The notes under the pieces: model-generated | Database searches by the model: none | Seen by the model: the letters and a program-made list of their open reading frames with translations, nothing else | Told to the model about the DNA's origin: nothing | Part shown: positions 1-9,177 of the stretch, piece after piece | How positions within the stretch are numbered: the first letter of the stretch is position 1 | Layout: each line of letters opens with the position of its first letter | Origin: a virus | Lineage: Duplodnaviria; Caudoviricetes | IMG/VR virus record: IMGVR_UViG_3300014205_000205 | Coordinates: 1-64,000 of that record | DNA length: 64,000 bases | Direction: 5' to 3' (one strand) | Position numbers and translations under genes: made by a program

Positions 1-1
1 C

Positions 2-400
2 ATCGAAGCGGCAGAGGCGGCGCTCCGCGACAAACACTTCGACCAGAACGGTTGTCGCACTGACGACAAAGATTGGTACCTAAACATCGACGGCAGATCA
101 AGCGGCTACGATCGAGTGAGGATTGGAACGACCCATGCTTTCGTGGACATCACCGTCCCCATAGCAGACCTCCCCGCCCTCCTCAACTACCAGAAGACCG
201 CGGACGCCCTGCGCAAGCTGGTCGCTGACCTGGATGAATTGATGGTTGAAAGTCGCGGCGTTAGCTGCCTGCATAACGGAACCATAATAACGCCATGGCG
301 CGATTTAACCGCAGGCGGGTACATGCAGGAACGACTGTCATCATTAGGGGTGGCGCACGAATTGCTGGCCGCTATCACGCCCAAGGAAGGGGAAGCTTGA
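2..400 (+). CDS. Hypothetical protein, 5'-truncated by window
   Basis: Frame is open from base 2 to TGA 398-400; ATGA overlap with next gene. Confidence 0.6.
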   Translation: MEAAEAALRDKHFDQNGCRTDDKDWYLNIDGRSSGYDRVRIGTTHAFVDITVPIADLPALLNYQKTADALRKLVADLDELMVESRGVSCLHNGTIITPWRDLTAGGYMQERLSSLGVAHELLAAITPKEGEA

Positions 401-708
401 TGAAACTTGACACCATCCCCGCCTATGTGGTTGGCAACGCGCCCGCAGGAGTACCGCAGACCTGCCCCATCACCGGACTACCCTTCTTCACCCTTGAACG
501 CAACCCAGACGGTGAAGGTTATGTGCCAACCTATGGCGGACCTTTCACGTCGTACACCCTTGCAGAGCCAAGCAAGGATTCGGAATCTGGCTACCAGTGG
601 CAGGAGTACAACCACGACGCAGGCGACTGGGGCGACGTGTGGGATGTTCCAAAAGCGGAAGTGCTGATACGGCCACTCTCGCCAAAGGAGGAGAAGCCTG
701 ATGCCTGA
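400..708 (+). CDS. Hypothetical protein
   Basis: ATG overlaps upstream stop; upstream GGAAGGGGA RBS. Confidence 0.7.
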   Translation: MKLDTIPAYVVGNAPAGVPQTCPITGLPFFTLERNPDGEGYVPTYGGPFTSYTLAEPSKDSESGYQWQEYNHDAGDWGDVWDVPKAEVLIRPLSPKEEKPDA

Positions 709-1252
709 GTCTACCCTCCCCCAGGGAAGGGAACTGGATGCGATGTGGGCCAAGGCCATTGGGCAGACCATCACGGAACAGGAAGAATTCGATGAATGGG
801 AATACGCTCTTGCAAAGGGTTCTGGCAATATCAAACGCATGACCAAACAACAGCAGAAGGCTAGGTTCTGGCGTAAAGTCCTGAAAGCTGATGGCAAACT
901 GATCCCGCGGTACTCCTCCTCCATCGCCGCCGCTTGGCAGGTCAAGGCTGAGATGGTCAAGCGCAAGTGGTCCTTCTCGATGCATCATGCTGTCGACGGC
1001 CTTCTAACTGCGACGTTCAGCAAAGGCCGGTATCATGACGCCCACAAAGTATACCCCAAGAGCGAGGGGATGCAGGCTGTAGGGCCGACGAGTGCAGTTC
1101 GGCGATGCGGTCGCCGCGGATGGCGAGTGACACAACACAAGACCAAAGAAGGTGTTCCATTGGATGTGGACGGCATTCCTATGGACCGTCTGAACTTCAG
1201 TCGATCTCCGCGCACCTACGACCTTGGCAATGGCCCAATACGGCAAGGGTGA
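701..1252 (+). CDS. BC1872-like / phage ABA-sandwich family protein
   Basis: RELDAMWAKAIG ... IPRYSSSIAAAWQV pattern typical of this phage family; GGAG RBS. Confidence 0.6.
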   Translation: MPESTLPQGRELDAMWAKAIGQTITEQEEFDEWEYALAKGSGNIKRMTKQQQKARFWRKVLKADGKLIPRYSSSIAAAWQVKAEMVKRKWSFSMHHAVDGLLTATFSKGRYHDAHKVYPKSEGMQAVGPTSAVRRCGRRGWRVTQHKTKEGVPLDVDGIPMDRLNFSRSPRTYDLGNGPIRQG

Positions 1253-1677
1253 AGCGCCATCTCACCCCCGAGGAGCAAGCAGAGCGCCAGAGCATGAACA
1301 CAGCTTTCGCTCGGTACCGCGCCGAACCCGACCGCTACGCTATCCCCGAGAAGGGCACGGATAACCGTTGGCACCTGAATCCCTGCGCTCCACCGCCGCT
1401 ATCGCCATCCGGATTCGCGCCGCCATTTCGTGAGGAGATAGCGGAGCCAGAGACGCCGCAGGAGCCACGCATGAGTATGGCGGACTACCAGGCCATGCGC
1501 AGCCAAAGCCACGCGCCGCCCTCTCCAGGGAGTGCCGCGAAGGCCGCAAAGCTCCACGAGGTGGATAAGCCCCGGATCGATGCAAAGGCGAAGAAGGCCG
1601 CGGACAAGCGCAAGATTGAAGCGGCGAAGAAGGCCGAAGCGGAACGACTCAGCCAGGCGCAAGGGTCGTTACTTTGA
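1249..1677 (+). CDS. Hypothetical protein, Pro-rich middle and basic coiled-coil C-terminus
   Basis: GTGA overlap with upstream stop; start trimmed from ORF 1105..1677. Confidence 0.55.
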   Translation: MKRHLTPEEQAERQSMNTAFARYRAEPDRYAIPEKGTDNRWHLNPCAPPPLSPSGFAPPFREEIAEPETPQEPRMSMADYQAMRSQSHAPPSPGSAAKAAKLHEVDKPRIDAKAKKAADKRKIEAAKKAEAERLSQAQGSLL

Positions 1678-1699
1678 AGGAAAAACCCCAGGAATCTCG

Positions 1700-1939
1700 T
1701 TAGAGACTCTGGGGTTTGGTTTTGCGGGGTCTACCGGTCGGATACCCAACCTTCCGCTCCTGAGCTGCGGCGGCCTCCCACGCACCCTTGGTAGCCACCC
1801 ACACCTCATTGATACTTCCCGCCCTCGATTCCTTGCGGGCTCCCTGTACCTCGCCGCTTTGTGCCCAACGGGTTACGTATCGCCGCTCTATCCCGGCAAG
1901 GCTGGAAAACTCAGCCGCCGTCAACAGATCAGTCTCCAT
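1700..1939 (-). CDS. Small MerR/excisionase-type HTH DNA-binding protein with AT-hook-like tail
   Basis: LLTAAEFSSLAGIERRYVTRWAQSGEVQGARK; C-terminal GRPRK; GGAGG RBS. Confidence 0.75.
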   Translation of the reverse strand: METDLLTAAEFSSLAGIERRYVTRWAQSGEVQGARKESRAGSINEVWVATKGAWEAAAAQERKVGYPTGRPRKTKPQSL

Positions 1940-1957
1940 GCCGTCACCTCCGGACTC

Positions 1958-2027
1958 TATTATATCCCATATCGGACAAAAAATCTATCGCAAACTCTTG
2001 TATATTTGTCCTGTGCGGGATATAATA
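1958..2027. promoter_or_regulatory. Divergent sigmaA-type promoters within an imperfect inverted repeat
   Basis: TTGTAT 1998-2003, 17 bp, TATAAT 2021-2026 (+); TATAAT 1964-1959 (-); arms 1958-1980 and 2005-2027 match 18/23. Confidence 0.75.
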
Positions 2028-2058
2028 TGGATAGAGGTTTAGGGGAGGGGATACAACC

Positions 2059-2598
2059 ATGACGAAGGAGCAGACGGTGTTGGAAAAGACAGCTCGCACA
2101 GGGCAAAAAATCGTCGTCGCAATTCGCGAGGTATACGCCGGCAGCTACACCACTGTGGCCTATGTCGATGGAAAATTGTTCACGCCGGGCGGGTTCCGCA
2201 ACCTGGAACAGCCGATCGGCGACATCACCCACGTGATCCAGAGCGGTAAGACCGGCGTCGGATTCACAGCCATCGAAGCTCAGATCATCGAACAGGCCAT
2301 CGTCCAAGCTGAAGCGGAGTACAAGACAACCCCGGCAGGCCAAATGGCGACACTGCGGCAAGAGCGCCAGACCTTTCTTCTGACTATCGACGCGGTCGAC
2401 TCGAAGGGCAAGGCGGACTTCAACCGCCTCCATGCCCAGCAGGACGAGTCGTGCTGGCAGGTACGCTCCGAGGCCGAGGTCAAGTTGCGGGCGTTGCTGA
2501 CCGGCCTCAGCAACTGGGATAGGGCCCATCCGGAAGTGTTGGCGCAGATCGAGACCGAGACGAATGAGCGGACTCGGCGGTTTTTGGCGCAGGATTAA
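2059..2598 (+). CDS. Hypothetical protein
   Basis: 179 aa ORF, GGGGAGGGG RBS directly after promoter. Confidence 0.8.
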   Translation: MTKEQTVLEKTARTGQKIVVAIREVYAGSYTTVAYVDGKLFTPGGFRNLEQPIGDITHVIQSGKTGVGFTAIEAQIIEQAIVQAEAEYKTTPAGQMATLRQERQTFLLTIDAVDSKGKADFNRLHAQQDESCWQVRSEAEVKLRALLTGLSNWDRAHPEVLAQIETETNERTRRFLAQD

Positions 2599-2610
2599 AC
2601 ATGGCAGGAG

Positions 2611-2877
2611 TTGATTGGAATGACCACGATCGAGATGGACAAGGCTGGGACCGACCACTCCAACGTTCGCTACGTCGAAGCCGCAGCCCGTGAATTGTGC
2701 GCCGCCATCGCTGCGCGCCGGGACATGCTGGAGCGCAAGCGCCAAGCGCCGTATCACTACAGTCCAAAGCGCCAGGCTGAAATTGACCAGCTGCAGGCCG
2801 AATACCACGCGGTTCACGCCTTGGCCGACCGGATGGAGTCCTACGCCCGGTCCGCAGAAGTCAAAACCCAAGGCTAG
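2611..2877 (+). CDS. Hypothetical helical protein
   Basis: ORF with GGAG RBS in operon. Confidence 0.7.
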   Translation: MIGMTTIEMDKAGTDHSNVRYVEAAARELCAAIAARRDMLERKRQAPYHYSPKRQAEIDQLQAEYHAVHALADRMESYARSAEVKTQG

Positions 2878-2892
2878 CGAGGAGGGGCCGAC

Positions 2893-4041
2893 GTGGCCAA
2901 GTACAACGCAATTCACTCCTGCGGACATACGGAAAGGGTCGATTTGATCGGCCCTCGCAATTCCCGGGAGTGGCGGTTGGAGCGGATAGCACAAAAGCCA
3001 TGCGACGCCTGTTGGCGGGCGGAGCGCGAAGCGGAGAACGCCAAACGGAACGCTGAAGCTGCGAAAGAAAACCAAGCCATGGAGTTGCCGGCCCTGGTCG
3101 GCAGCGAAAAGCAGATCGCCTGGGCAGAGACTGTGCGACTTGGAATCCTGCGTTCTATTGATGAGACGGTATCCAACCCATATTACGGCCGCGTGCGGTC
3201 ACATCCACGACTTCAGTCCGCACTCGACAGCTTGTATGGCGAGACGAGAGCCCATTGGTGGATCGACCAGCGCGAATGCCCCTCGTATTCTCTGCTCACC
3301 AATCTGCTAGATGCCCCCGCCGCGCTATCCATTCCTGACACGACTACCACCGAAGACCGGCTGACAGCGCAGGCCGAGGCAACGGTGCGACCGGAGAACT
3401 GCAAGACTAACACCGTTGCCGAAATTCGGGTCATGGGGGCTACCATCCAAATATCCTTCCCCGAGAAGAGAGAAGCCTTCCGGGAGCTCATGCACACCCT
3501 GCATTACAAATGGGCGGAAACGCACTGGCAGCGCACAACCAACCAGTTTGCCGGCACCGCTGACGATCGGGCGGTCGAAGCCGGGCACCGCATCCTGGCT
3601 GCAGGGTTTTCGATTCGGCTGTATGACGAGCAACTACGGGCTAGGGCCATCGCTGGCGAGTACACACCCGAGCCAGAGAGATGGGTCATGAAGTCGACAG
3701 AGGGCAAGTATAAGGACTGGTTCGTGATTCGATGGCCGCGCGAGCAAGATTTCTACGCTGCCGCCAAACGCCTACCTGGAAGCCGCTATTCAGAGGGTCG
3801 GGTATTTGTGCCCGCCGGAGAATACGAGCAGGTGTTAGATTTCGCCGAGAGCCACGGCTTCGAAATCTCACCAGGCGCGCAACGACTGGTTGAGGCTGCC
3901 CGGGTTGCCCGGGGTGCGATGCTGGTGGCAAATATCAAGTTGATAGAAACGGAGCCGCCGCCGCCGGCTCCTGGTCGTTTGCCGCCCATGCTGGAGATGC
4001 CGGGAGAGGTGAGCGTAGCCAATGAGTTGCTTGACGACTGA
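2893..4041 (+). CDS. SNF2-associated protein (N-terminal Zn-binding HxCGH..CxxC, LPALxGSEKQIAWA motif, possible HARP-like C-terminus)
   Basis: HSCGH...KPCDAC and LPALVGSEKQIAWAETVR motifs; overlaps the helicase start. Confidence 0.65.
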   Translation: MAKYNAIHSCGHTERVDLIGPRNSREWRLERIAQKPCDACWRAEREAENAKRNAEAAKENQAMELPALVGSEKQIAWAETVRLGILRSIDETVSNPYYGRVRSHPRLQSALDSLYGETRAHWWIDQRECPSYSLLTNLLDAPAALSIPDTTTTEDRLTAQAEATVRPENCKTNTVAEIRVMGATIQISFPEKREAFRELMHTLHYKWAETHWQRTTNQFAGTADDRAVEAGHRILAAGFSIRLYDEQLRARAIAGEYTPEPERWVMKSTEGKYKDWFVIRWPREQDFYAAAKRLPGSRYSEGRVFVPAGEYEQVLDFAESHGFEISPGAQRLVEAARVARGAMLVANIKLIETEPPPPAPGRLPPMLEMPGEVSVANELLDD

Positions 4042-5470
4042 GCGGTCATTCCACACCGCGACTCGGCTCCTGCCATATCAGCGGGAAGCTGTTGCCAAAC
4101 TGCTCCCTTCTCGTGTTGGCGCCTTACTTATGTCAATGGGGACCGGCAAGACAAGGACGGCCATCGAGCTGGTCCGGATCCGCCTGGCCAAGATCGACCG
4201 CGTGATCTGGTTTTGCCCGGTATCATTGAAAGAAACCATCCGATATGAGATCCTGAAGCACACCAATTGCACCGAATCCGACATTTATGTCTTCGGCGAC
4301 AGGACCAACGAGCGGACGTTGCCGACGGACGCCCTATGGTATATCGTAGGCATCGAGAGCATGTCGGCCAGTGCCCGGGCGGTGTTCTCAGCTCACCGGC
4401 TCATAACAGAGCGCACCTTTGTCATCGTTGATGAGAGTACGTACATCAAAGGCCACCGCGCCCTGCGCACCCAGCGCATCACCCGACTGGCTGAGCCCGC
4501 TCGATACCGGATGATCCTGACTGGTACGCCTATCACTCAGGGAGTAGTGGACCTCTACGCCCAGATGCGATTTTTAGACCCACGCATCCTGGGGTACAAG
4601 AGCTTCTACAGCTTCGCCCGCAACCACCTGGAGTACAGTGACAAGTACCCGGGGCTAATCGTAAGGTCGCATAACGTGCCCTATCTGGCGGCCAAGATGC
4701 GCCCCTATGTCTACCAAGTGACGAAGGAAGAGGCCGGCCTAAACCTGCCCGATAAACTCTTTGAGACCTACTACTGCAAATTGACAGACGAGCAGCGAGA
4801 AGCCTATCAGGAGGCCAAGGAAGTATACCTGGATGATGGCAGCCTGGGCGATTGGAAGAGCATCTACATTTTCAGGCTGTTCACCGCCCTGCAGAGTATC
4901 GTGGCTGGGTTCTGGCGCCGCCCGGATGGGCAAAGAGTCGTGTTGCCGCACCATCGCATTGACTTACTCCTGTCTGTATTGGAGCGCATCCCGGACCCCG
5001 AGAAGGTCGTCATCTGGGCCAAGTATCAGCATAGCGTGCGCGAGATCAAGTCGGCCTTAGCTGCAGCCTACGGGCCGGATTCCGTCGCCGAATTCCACGG
5101 CCGCGTACCGCGGGCCAAGCGAAACGATCGAAGCGCAGAACTCGCCCGTTGGCGTGCTGGAGCCCGGTTCCTGGTAGCAACCCAAAGCGCCGGCTCTCAT
5201 GGACTTACCCTCAACGAGAGTCACTACACCGTGTTCTACGATAACAGCTTCAAACACTCGGAACGCCTTCAGGCCGAGGACCGCATGCACCGGATTGGGC
5301 AGAAGTGGCCGCCTCTTTACATCGACCTAAACGCCGGGTCCGGGATAGAGGAACGCATATTCGACGCCCTGGCCAAAAAGGAAAATGCTTTGTCGGCCTT
5401 CCGGCGCGAAGTGGACAAGGTGAAGAGGACCGATAAGGAAAGACTTAGGGCTTTAGTAAGGTCCTTGTGA
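4022..5470 (+). CDS. SNF2-family (SF2) helicase/ATPase
   Basis: Walker A MGTGKT, VIVDES, LTGTP, GSHGLTL, QAEDRMHRIGQ. Confidence 0.95.
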   Translation: MSCLTTERSFHTATRLLPYQREAVAKLLPSRVGALLMSMGTGKTRTAIELVRIRLAKIDRVIWFCPVSLKETIRYEILKHTNCTESDIYVFGDRTNERTLPTDALWYIVGIESMSASARAVFSAHRLITERTFVIVDESTYIKGHRALRTQRITRLAEPARYRMILTGTPITQGVVDLYAQMRFLDPRILGYKSFYSFARNHLEYSDKYPGLIVRSHNVPYLAAKMRPYVYQVTKEEAGLNLPDKLFETYYCKLTDEQREAYQEAKEVYLDDGSLGDWKSIYIFRLFTALQSIVAGFWRRPDGQRVVLPHHRIDLLLSVLERIPDPEKVVIWAKYQHSVREIKSALAAAYGPDSVAEFHGRVPRAKRNDRSAELARWRAGARFLVATQSAGSHGLTLNESHYTVFYDNSFKHSERLQAEDRMHRIGQKWPPLYIDLNAGSGIEERIFDALAKKENALSAFRREVDKVKRTDKERLRALVRSL

Positions 5471-5488
5471 CAGAAGGGTTGTCGGTCC

Positions 5489-6529
5489 GTGAAACGCATT
5501 ATGTATTCCAAATCCGCCGAAGTACGGACCGCCTTCGTTCGTTCGGCCTTCGAAGACCTACGGTCAGCCGGCGTAAACAAGATGGCCTGCTTGGCGCCGA
5601 AGAAGTTCTTGCCAGGGCTTGCCGGCCTCCTGCCAGAGGCAGTCCTGTATGCCTACGAGGATGTGCCCAGATCAAACGAACTGTTCAACCGGGCAGACGA
5701 CAAAACACTGCTGGTATTCGATCGGGCCAGCCGCTACAAGAACATCACCAATGATCTATTCGTTCGCCTCAGTCGCCTGGCCACCAAATACCAACACAAG
5801 CTGTTGGTCGATATCGTGCCGTTTACCGCCGATGTCCAGTTCCTGTACTGTCCCCTGGCGTTCATTGACCGGGGGGTCCTGGGTTATCAGCACTGGTATA
5901 GCTTCCGCGAGAACAACCTGGAGGAGACCGTAGAGGGACCTGTCCGGGCATTCGACTATCACCTACTGGCCCGAAAGCTGGCGCCCAATGCCGGCATCGA
6001 TTACGAGGAGTTCGTCGGCTCGCAAGTACAGACAATCGACTGCCAACTAACGGCTGGCGAAGCCAGTGAGTATCAAATCCTGCGCGATCGGTTGTTCGCC
6101 GAGAACAAAACCGCCAGTCCCATCATCACCGCCCTTGCCGACTGGACCAATATCCGGCCTGACCGGTACGCCAAGCTGAGGGAGATACTATCGGGCCTGA
6201 CCGGGCGAACGGTGTGTTACACAAACCTGGGCGGTCACAACCAGCGCCTGCGGAAGGCCATTCCAGGGATTGAGGCCAAGTCGTTTTACGATGCCAACGG
6301 CGACGAGGATCAGTTTGACAACATTATCCTGTTTGAAGCGCCGATCGTCAGGGGGTATCTGTTCCTGGACGTGCTGGCCAACGTCCGATCGGACTGCAAG
6401 ATATTCTTTTTCAGGGCCAACACAACAGTGGACAAACTCCTGTACAACCGCATGCACGGCGAATATGTGGCGCTCAACGAGTTTAGCCGAGTTCTATATC
6501 GGGAGGTGCATCGTGAAAGGCGGAGCTAA
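5489..6529 (+). CDS. Degenerate (probably catalytically inactive) SNF2 paralogue
   Basis: LLVFDRASRYK / LLVDIVPF / FIDRGVLGYQHWYSF align to VIVDESTYIK / MILTGTPI / FLDPRILGYKSFYSF of the upstream helicase; no Walker A seen. Confidence 0.7.
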   Translation: MKRIMYSKSAEVRTAFVRSAFEDLRSAGVNKMACLAPKKFLPGLAGLLPEAVLYAYEDVPRSNELFNRADDKTLLVFDRASRYKNITNDLFVRLSRLATKYQHKLLVDIVPFTADVQFLYCPLAFIDRGVLGYQHWYSFRENNLEETVEGPVRAFDYHLLARKLAPNAGIDYEEFVGSQVQTIDCQLTAGEASEYQILRDRLFAENKTASPIITALADWTNIRPDRYAKLREILSGLTGRTVCYTNLGGHNQRLRKAIPGIEAKSFYDANGDEDQFDNIILFEAPIVRGYLFLDVLANVRSDCKIFFFRANTTVDKLLYNRMHGEYVALNEFSRVLYREVHRERRS

Positions 6530-7595
6530 ACTCTATCTCCCACAGAACGTCCTGGATGCGGCCCGGGAGCGCGTCGCTACCCTGTTCGATGCGTTCGAAA
6601 ACATCGTAGTCTCTATCTCTGGTGGTAAGGACAGTACGGTGCTGCTGGACCTCTGCCGGCAGGAAGCCCTGCGGCGCGGCCGCAAAGTGCACGCGTTTTT
6701 CCTGGATCAGGAGGCCGAATACCACTCCACCGAGGAGCAGGTGCGATACCTGATGACCCTGGAAGGTGTTATCCCGCACTGGTTCCAGGTCCCAATCCGC
6801 ATGACGAACGCCACATCGCTGCGCGTCGATTTCCTCTACGCCTGGGGGCCCGGAGAACACTGGATGCGCGAGAAGGACCCCATGGCCATCCATGAGATCG
6901 GCGAGAAGTACCCGCAACGATTCTACCCGTTTTTTGAGTGGTGGGAAAAGACGAATTGGGATCCGAAAACCACCTGCTATTTGGTAGCTCTCCGGGCTGA
7001 AGAGAGTCTGAACCGGTTCCGGACCATGGTGAAAAATCCCGGCTGGAACGGCCTGAACTGGACATCGGGCGGCAAGTCGGGCATCAAAGCCTACCCATTG
7101 TACGACTGGACCTTCGAAGACGTTTGGCACTACATGGCAGAGCAGAATCTGCGCTACAATCGCATTTACGATTACATGCACCTAATCGGCTATCGAATCC
7201 AGGAGGTGCGCGTGTCCTATCTGGGCCACGAAAACTCGTTCAAGTGTCTACCTTCCCTGCATGAGTTCGAGCCGGACACCTACCGGCGACTGCTGGAGCG
7301 CATGCCCGGGATCCATGCGGCGGCCCGCTACGCCAAAGAAGATACGATGTACAACGCGACGGCATTACCACCAGCCTTCGGGTCCTGGCAAGAGTACCGT
7401 GACTTCCTCTTGGACACGACACCCAGTGAACATGTTGACCGGTTCCGGGAGCGATTCGCCAAACAGGGGAACGACCCATCTATTTGCCGACAGCAGTGCA
7501 AGCAACTGCTGATTAACGACTGGGAGCAGAATATCGCCGTTATCAAGCCGAAGGCTAAGACGGACGCACTGGTAAAGTGGAGGGAACTCCTATGA
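6513..7595 (+). CDS. PAPS-reductase-family PP-loop protein (IbrA/YbdN, DUF3440-like)
   Basis: SISGGKDS PP-loop, LDQEAEY, ALRAEESLNR, YPLYDWTFEDVW; GTG start after GGAGG. Confidence 0.9.
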   Translation: MKGGAKLYLPQNVLDAARERVATLFDAFENIVVSISGGKDSTVLLDLCRQEALRRGRKVHAFFLDQEAEYHSTEEQVRYLMTLEGVIPHWFQVPIRMTNATSLRVDFLYAWGPGEHWMREKDPMAIHEIGEKYPQRFYPFFEWWEKTNWDPKTTCYLVALRAEESLNRFRTMVKNPGWNGLNWTSGGKSGIKAYPLYDWTFEDVWHYMAEQNLRYNRIYDYMHLIGYRIQEVRVSYLGHENSFKCLPSLHEFEPDTYRRLLERMPGIHAAARYAKEDTMYNATALPPAFGSWQEYRDFLLDTTPSEHVDRFRERFAKQGNDPSICRQQCKQLLINDWEQNIAVIKPKAKTDALVKWRELL

Positions 7596-8035
7596 TGAAA
7601 CTGTGCCAGTGGGGAGACGTGGCGATCATCCGGCTATCTCGTGAGGATCCAGCGTTTTACGCCTACCTGGGGCCGTTCTTTGGCAGCCGTGCGGCCGCTC
7701 GGGAGTTAGGTATGCCTATCTATGATGATCCGGGCCGGATCTGGCTGGTCGCCTTAACGGTGGAAGGCCCCGTGGGCTGCGGTAGTCTGGAAATTAAGAA
7801 CCACAAGGCGGCGCTGAAGAGTGGCTGGGTGCTCCCTGAACACCGGAAGAAGGGCCTTTACAACGCACTTTTTGAGGAGCGCCTGAAGCTGGCTGCCGAA
7901 GCTGGCGCCACCATGGTTACGGCAACCTGCACCGATGCCAGCCGTAACACTCACCTCCGGCATGGATTCGCGGAGATCGGCCGACGCGGCAGATACTACC
8001 TAATGCAAAAGGAGCTTACCCATGGCGACAATTGA
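7592..8035 (+). CDS. GNAT-family acetyltransferase
   Basis: WVLPEHRKKGLYNALF acetyl-CoA motif A; HLRHGF. Confidence 0.85.
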   Translation: MMKLCQWGDVAIIRLSREDPAFYAYLGPFFGSRAAARELGMPIYDDPGRIWLVALTVEGPVGCGSLEIKNHKAALKSGWVLPEHRKKGLYNALFEERLKLAAEAGATMVTATCTDASRNTHLRHGFAEIGRRGRYYLMQKELTHGDN

Positions 8036-8690
8036 TGGGGCCGCAAGCCTGGCCGATCGGGCCGATGCGCTATTCACTGAGCTCGATGTGATGCCACTGG
8101 CGGCCAAGGTCGAGGCCATGAACCAGATCAAACAGCGCCTGCATGCCCATAGCCCATTTACCGAGCCGGTGGACTGCGTGATCTGGGTCCCTGCCGACCA
8201 GGTGCGGCCGAACGAATGGAACCCAAATAACGTCGCTCCACCGGAGATGCGACTCTTGGGGATGAGCGTCTTGACAGATGGATACACCATGCCTTGTGTG
8301 GTCGGTGACACCAGTGGAACATTTCCGGAGCATTACATGATCGTGGACGGCTTCCACCGCCACCTTGTGGGCCAAAACGTGCCGGCCGTCCGCAAGCGCA
8401 TCCACGGGTACCTACCCGTCAGCGTGGGCCGGTGGGCACCCGGAGACCTCAAAGAGATGCAGGCCGCCACCGTCCGCCACAACCGAGCCCGGGGCAAACA
8501 CTCGGTGTCTGGTATGACCAACATCGTGGTTGATCTAGTGCAGAAGGGCTGGACCGACGAGGAGATCAGCAAACATCTGGGCATGGATGCCGATGAAGTG
8601 TTGCGGCTCAAACAGGTTTCCGGCATTGCCGAGCTATTCAAGGATCGGCATTACTCGCGTTCTTGGGTGCTGGGCCAAAAAGAAGAATAA
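8022..8690 (+). CDS. ParB/Srx N-terminal domain protein (IbrB/YbdM-like)
   Basis: PNEWNPNNVAPPEMRLL, DGYTMP, IVDGFHR, ATVRHNRARG. Confidence 0.9.
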   Translation: MATIDGAASLADRADALFTELDVMPLAAKVEAMNQIKQRLHAHSPFTEPVDCVIWVPADQVRPNEWNPNNVAPPEMRLLGMSVLTDGYTMPCVVGDTSGTFPEHYMIVDGFHRHLVGQNVPAVRKRIHGYLPVSVGRWAPGDLKEMQAATVRHNRARGKHSVSGMTNIVVDLVQKGWTDEEISKHLGMDADEVLRLKQVSGIAELFKDRHYSRSWVLGQKEE

Positions 8691-8705
8691 GTTCACCTGG
8701 TCCTG

Positions 8706-8734
8706 TTGACTCTATCACACACATGATGTATGAT
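8706..8734 (+). promoter_or_regulatory. SigmaA-type promoter
   Basis: TTGACT 8706-8711, 17 bp spacer, TATGAT 8729-8734, then GGAGG RBS. Confidence 0.75.
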
Positions 8735-8757
8735 AAAAACAACAGGAGGCGATCAGA

Positions 8758-9177
8758 GTGGCGATCACCATTCAGGCGTACCGGCAAGCCGAAGGGGACT
8801 TTTGGAATCGTATGGGGCCGTTCCTGGTTGACGTCGCAGTGCAAAAAGAGTTCGGCGGTGCTATCGCCAGTACACCAGGAACCACTTGGTGGTTGGCCGG
8901 TGACGGGACCGGCAAGACGATCGGCTTCGGCGCCGTCGAGATCAACGGTTACAACGCCAAGCTCCGTTATGGCTACGCAGTGCCGGCCGCTCGCGAACAA
9001 GGGCTCTATCGTCAACTGCTCACAGCTCGCCTAGATGCCTGCAAGGCCGCTAACTGCAAGACTGCCCGCGCCGAAGTTCGGGAAGCCAACCTGCAGGACT
9101 ATCTGAGCCTCGGTTTCCGGGTCACCAGCAAAAGTGTCGGCTTTACAAAAGTCGAGCTTCGGCTAGGAGGGCAATAA
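8758..9177 (+). CDS. GNAT-family acetyltransferase
   Basis: YAVPAAREQGLYRQLL motif A; YLSLGFRV. Confidence 0.85.
   Translation: MAITIQAYRQAEGDFWNRMGPFLVDVAVQKEFGGAIASTPGTTWWLAGDGTGKTIGFGAVEINGYNAKLRYGYAVPAAREQGLYRQLLTARLDACKAANCKTARAEVREANLQDYLSLGFRVTSKSVGFTKVELRLGGQ

Noticed and set aside
1960-3075. 371-aa - strand ORF
   Set aside because: Antisense shadow of three RBS-supported + strand genes; no motifs.
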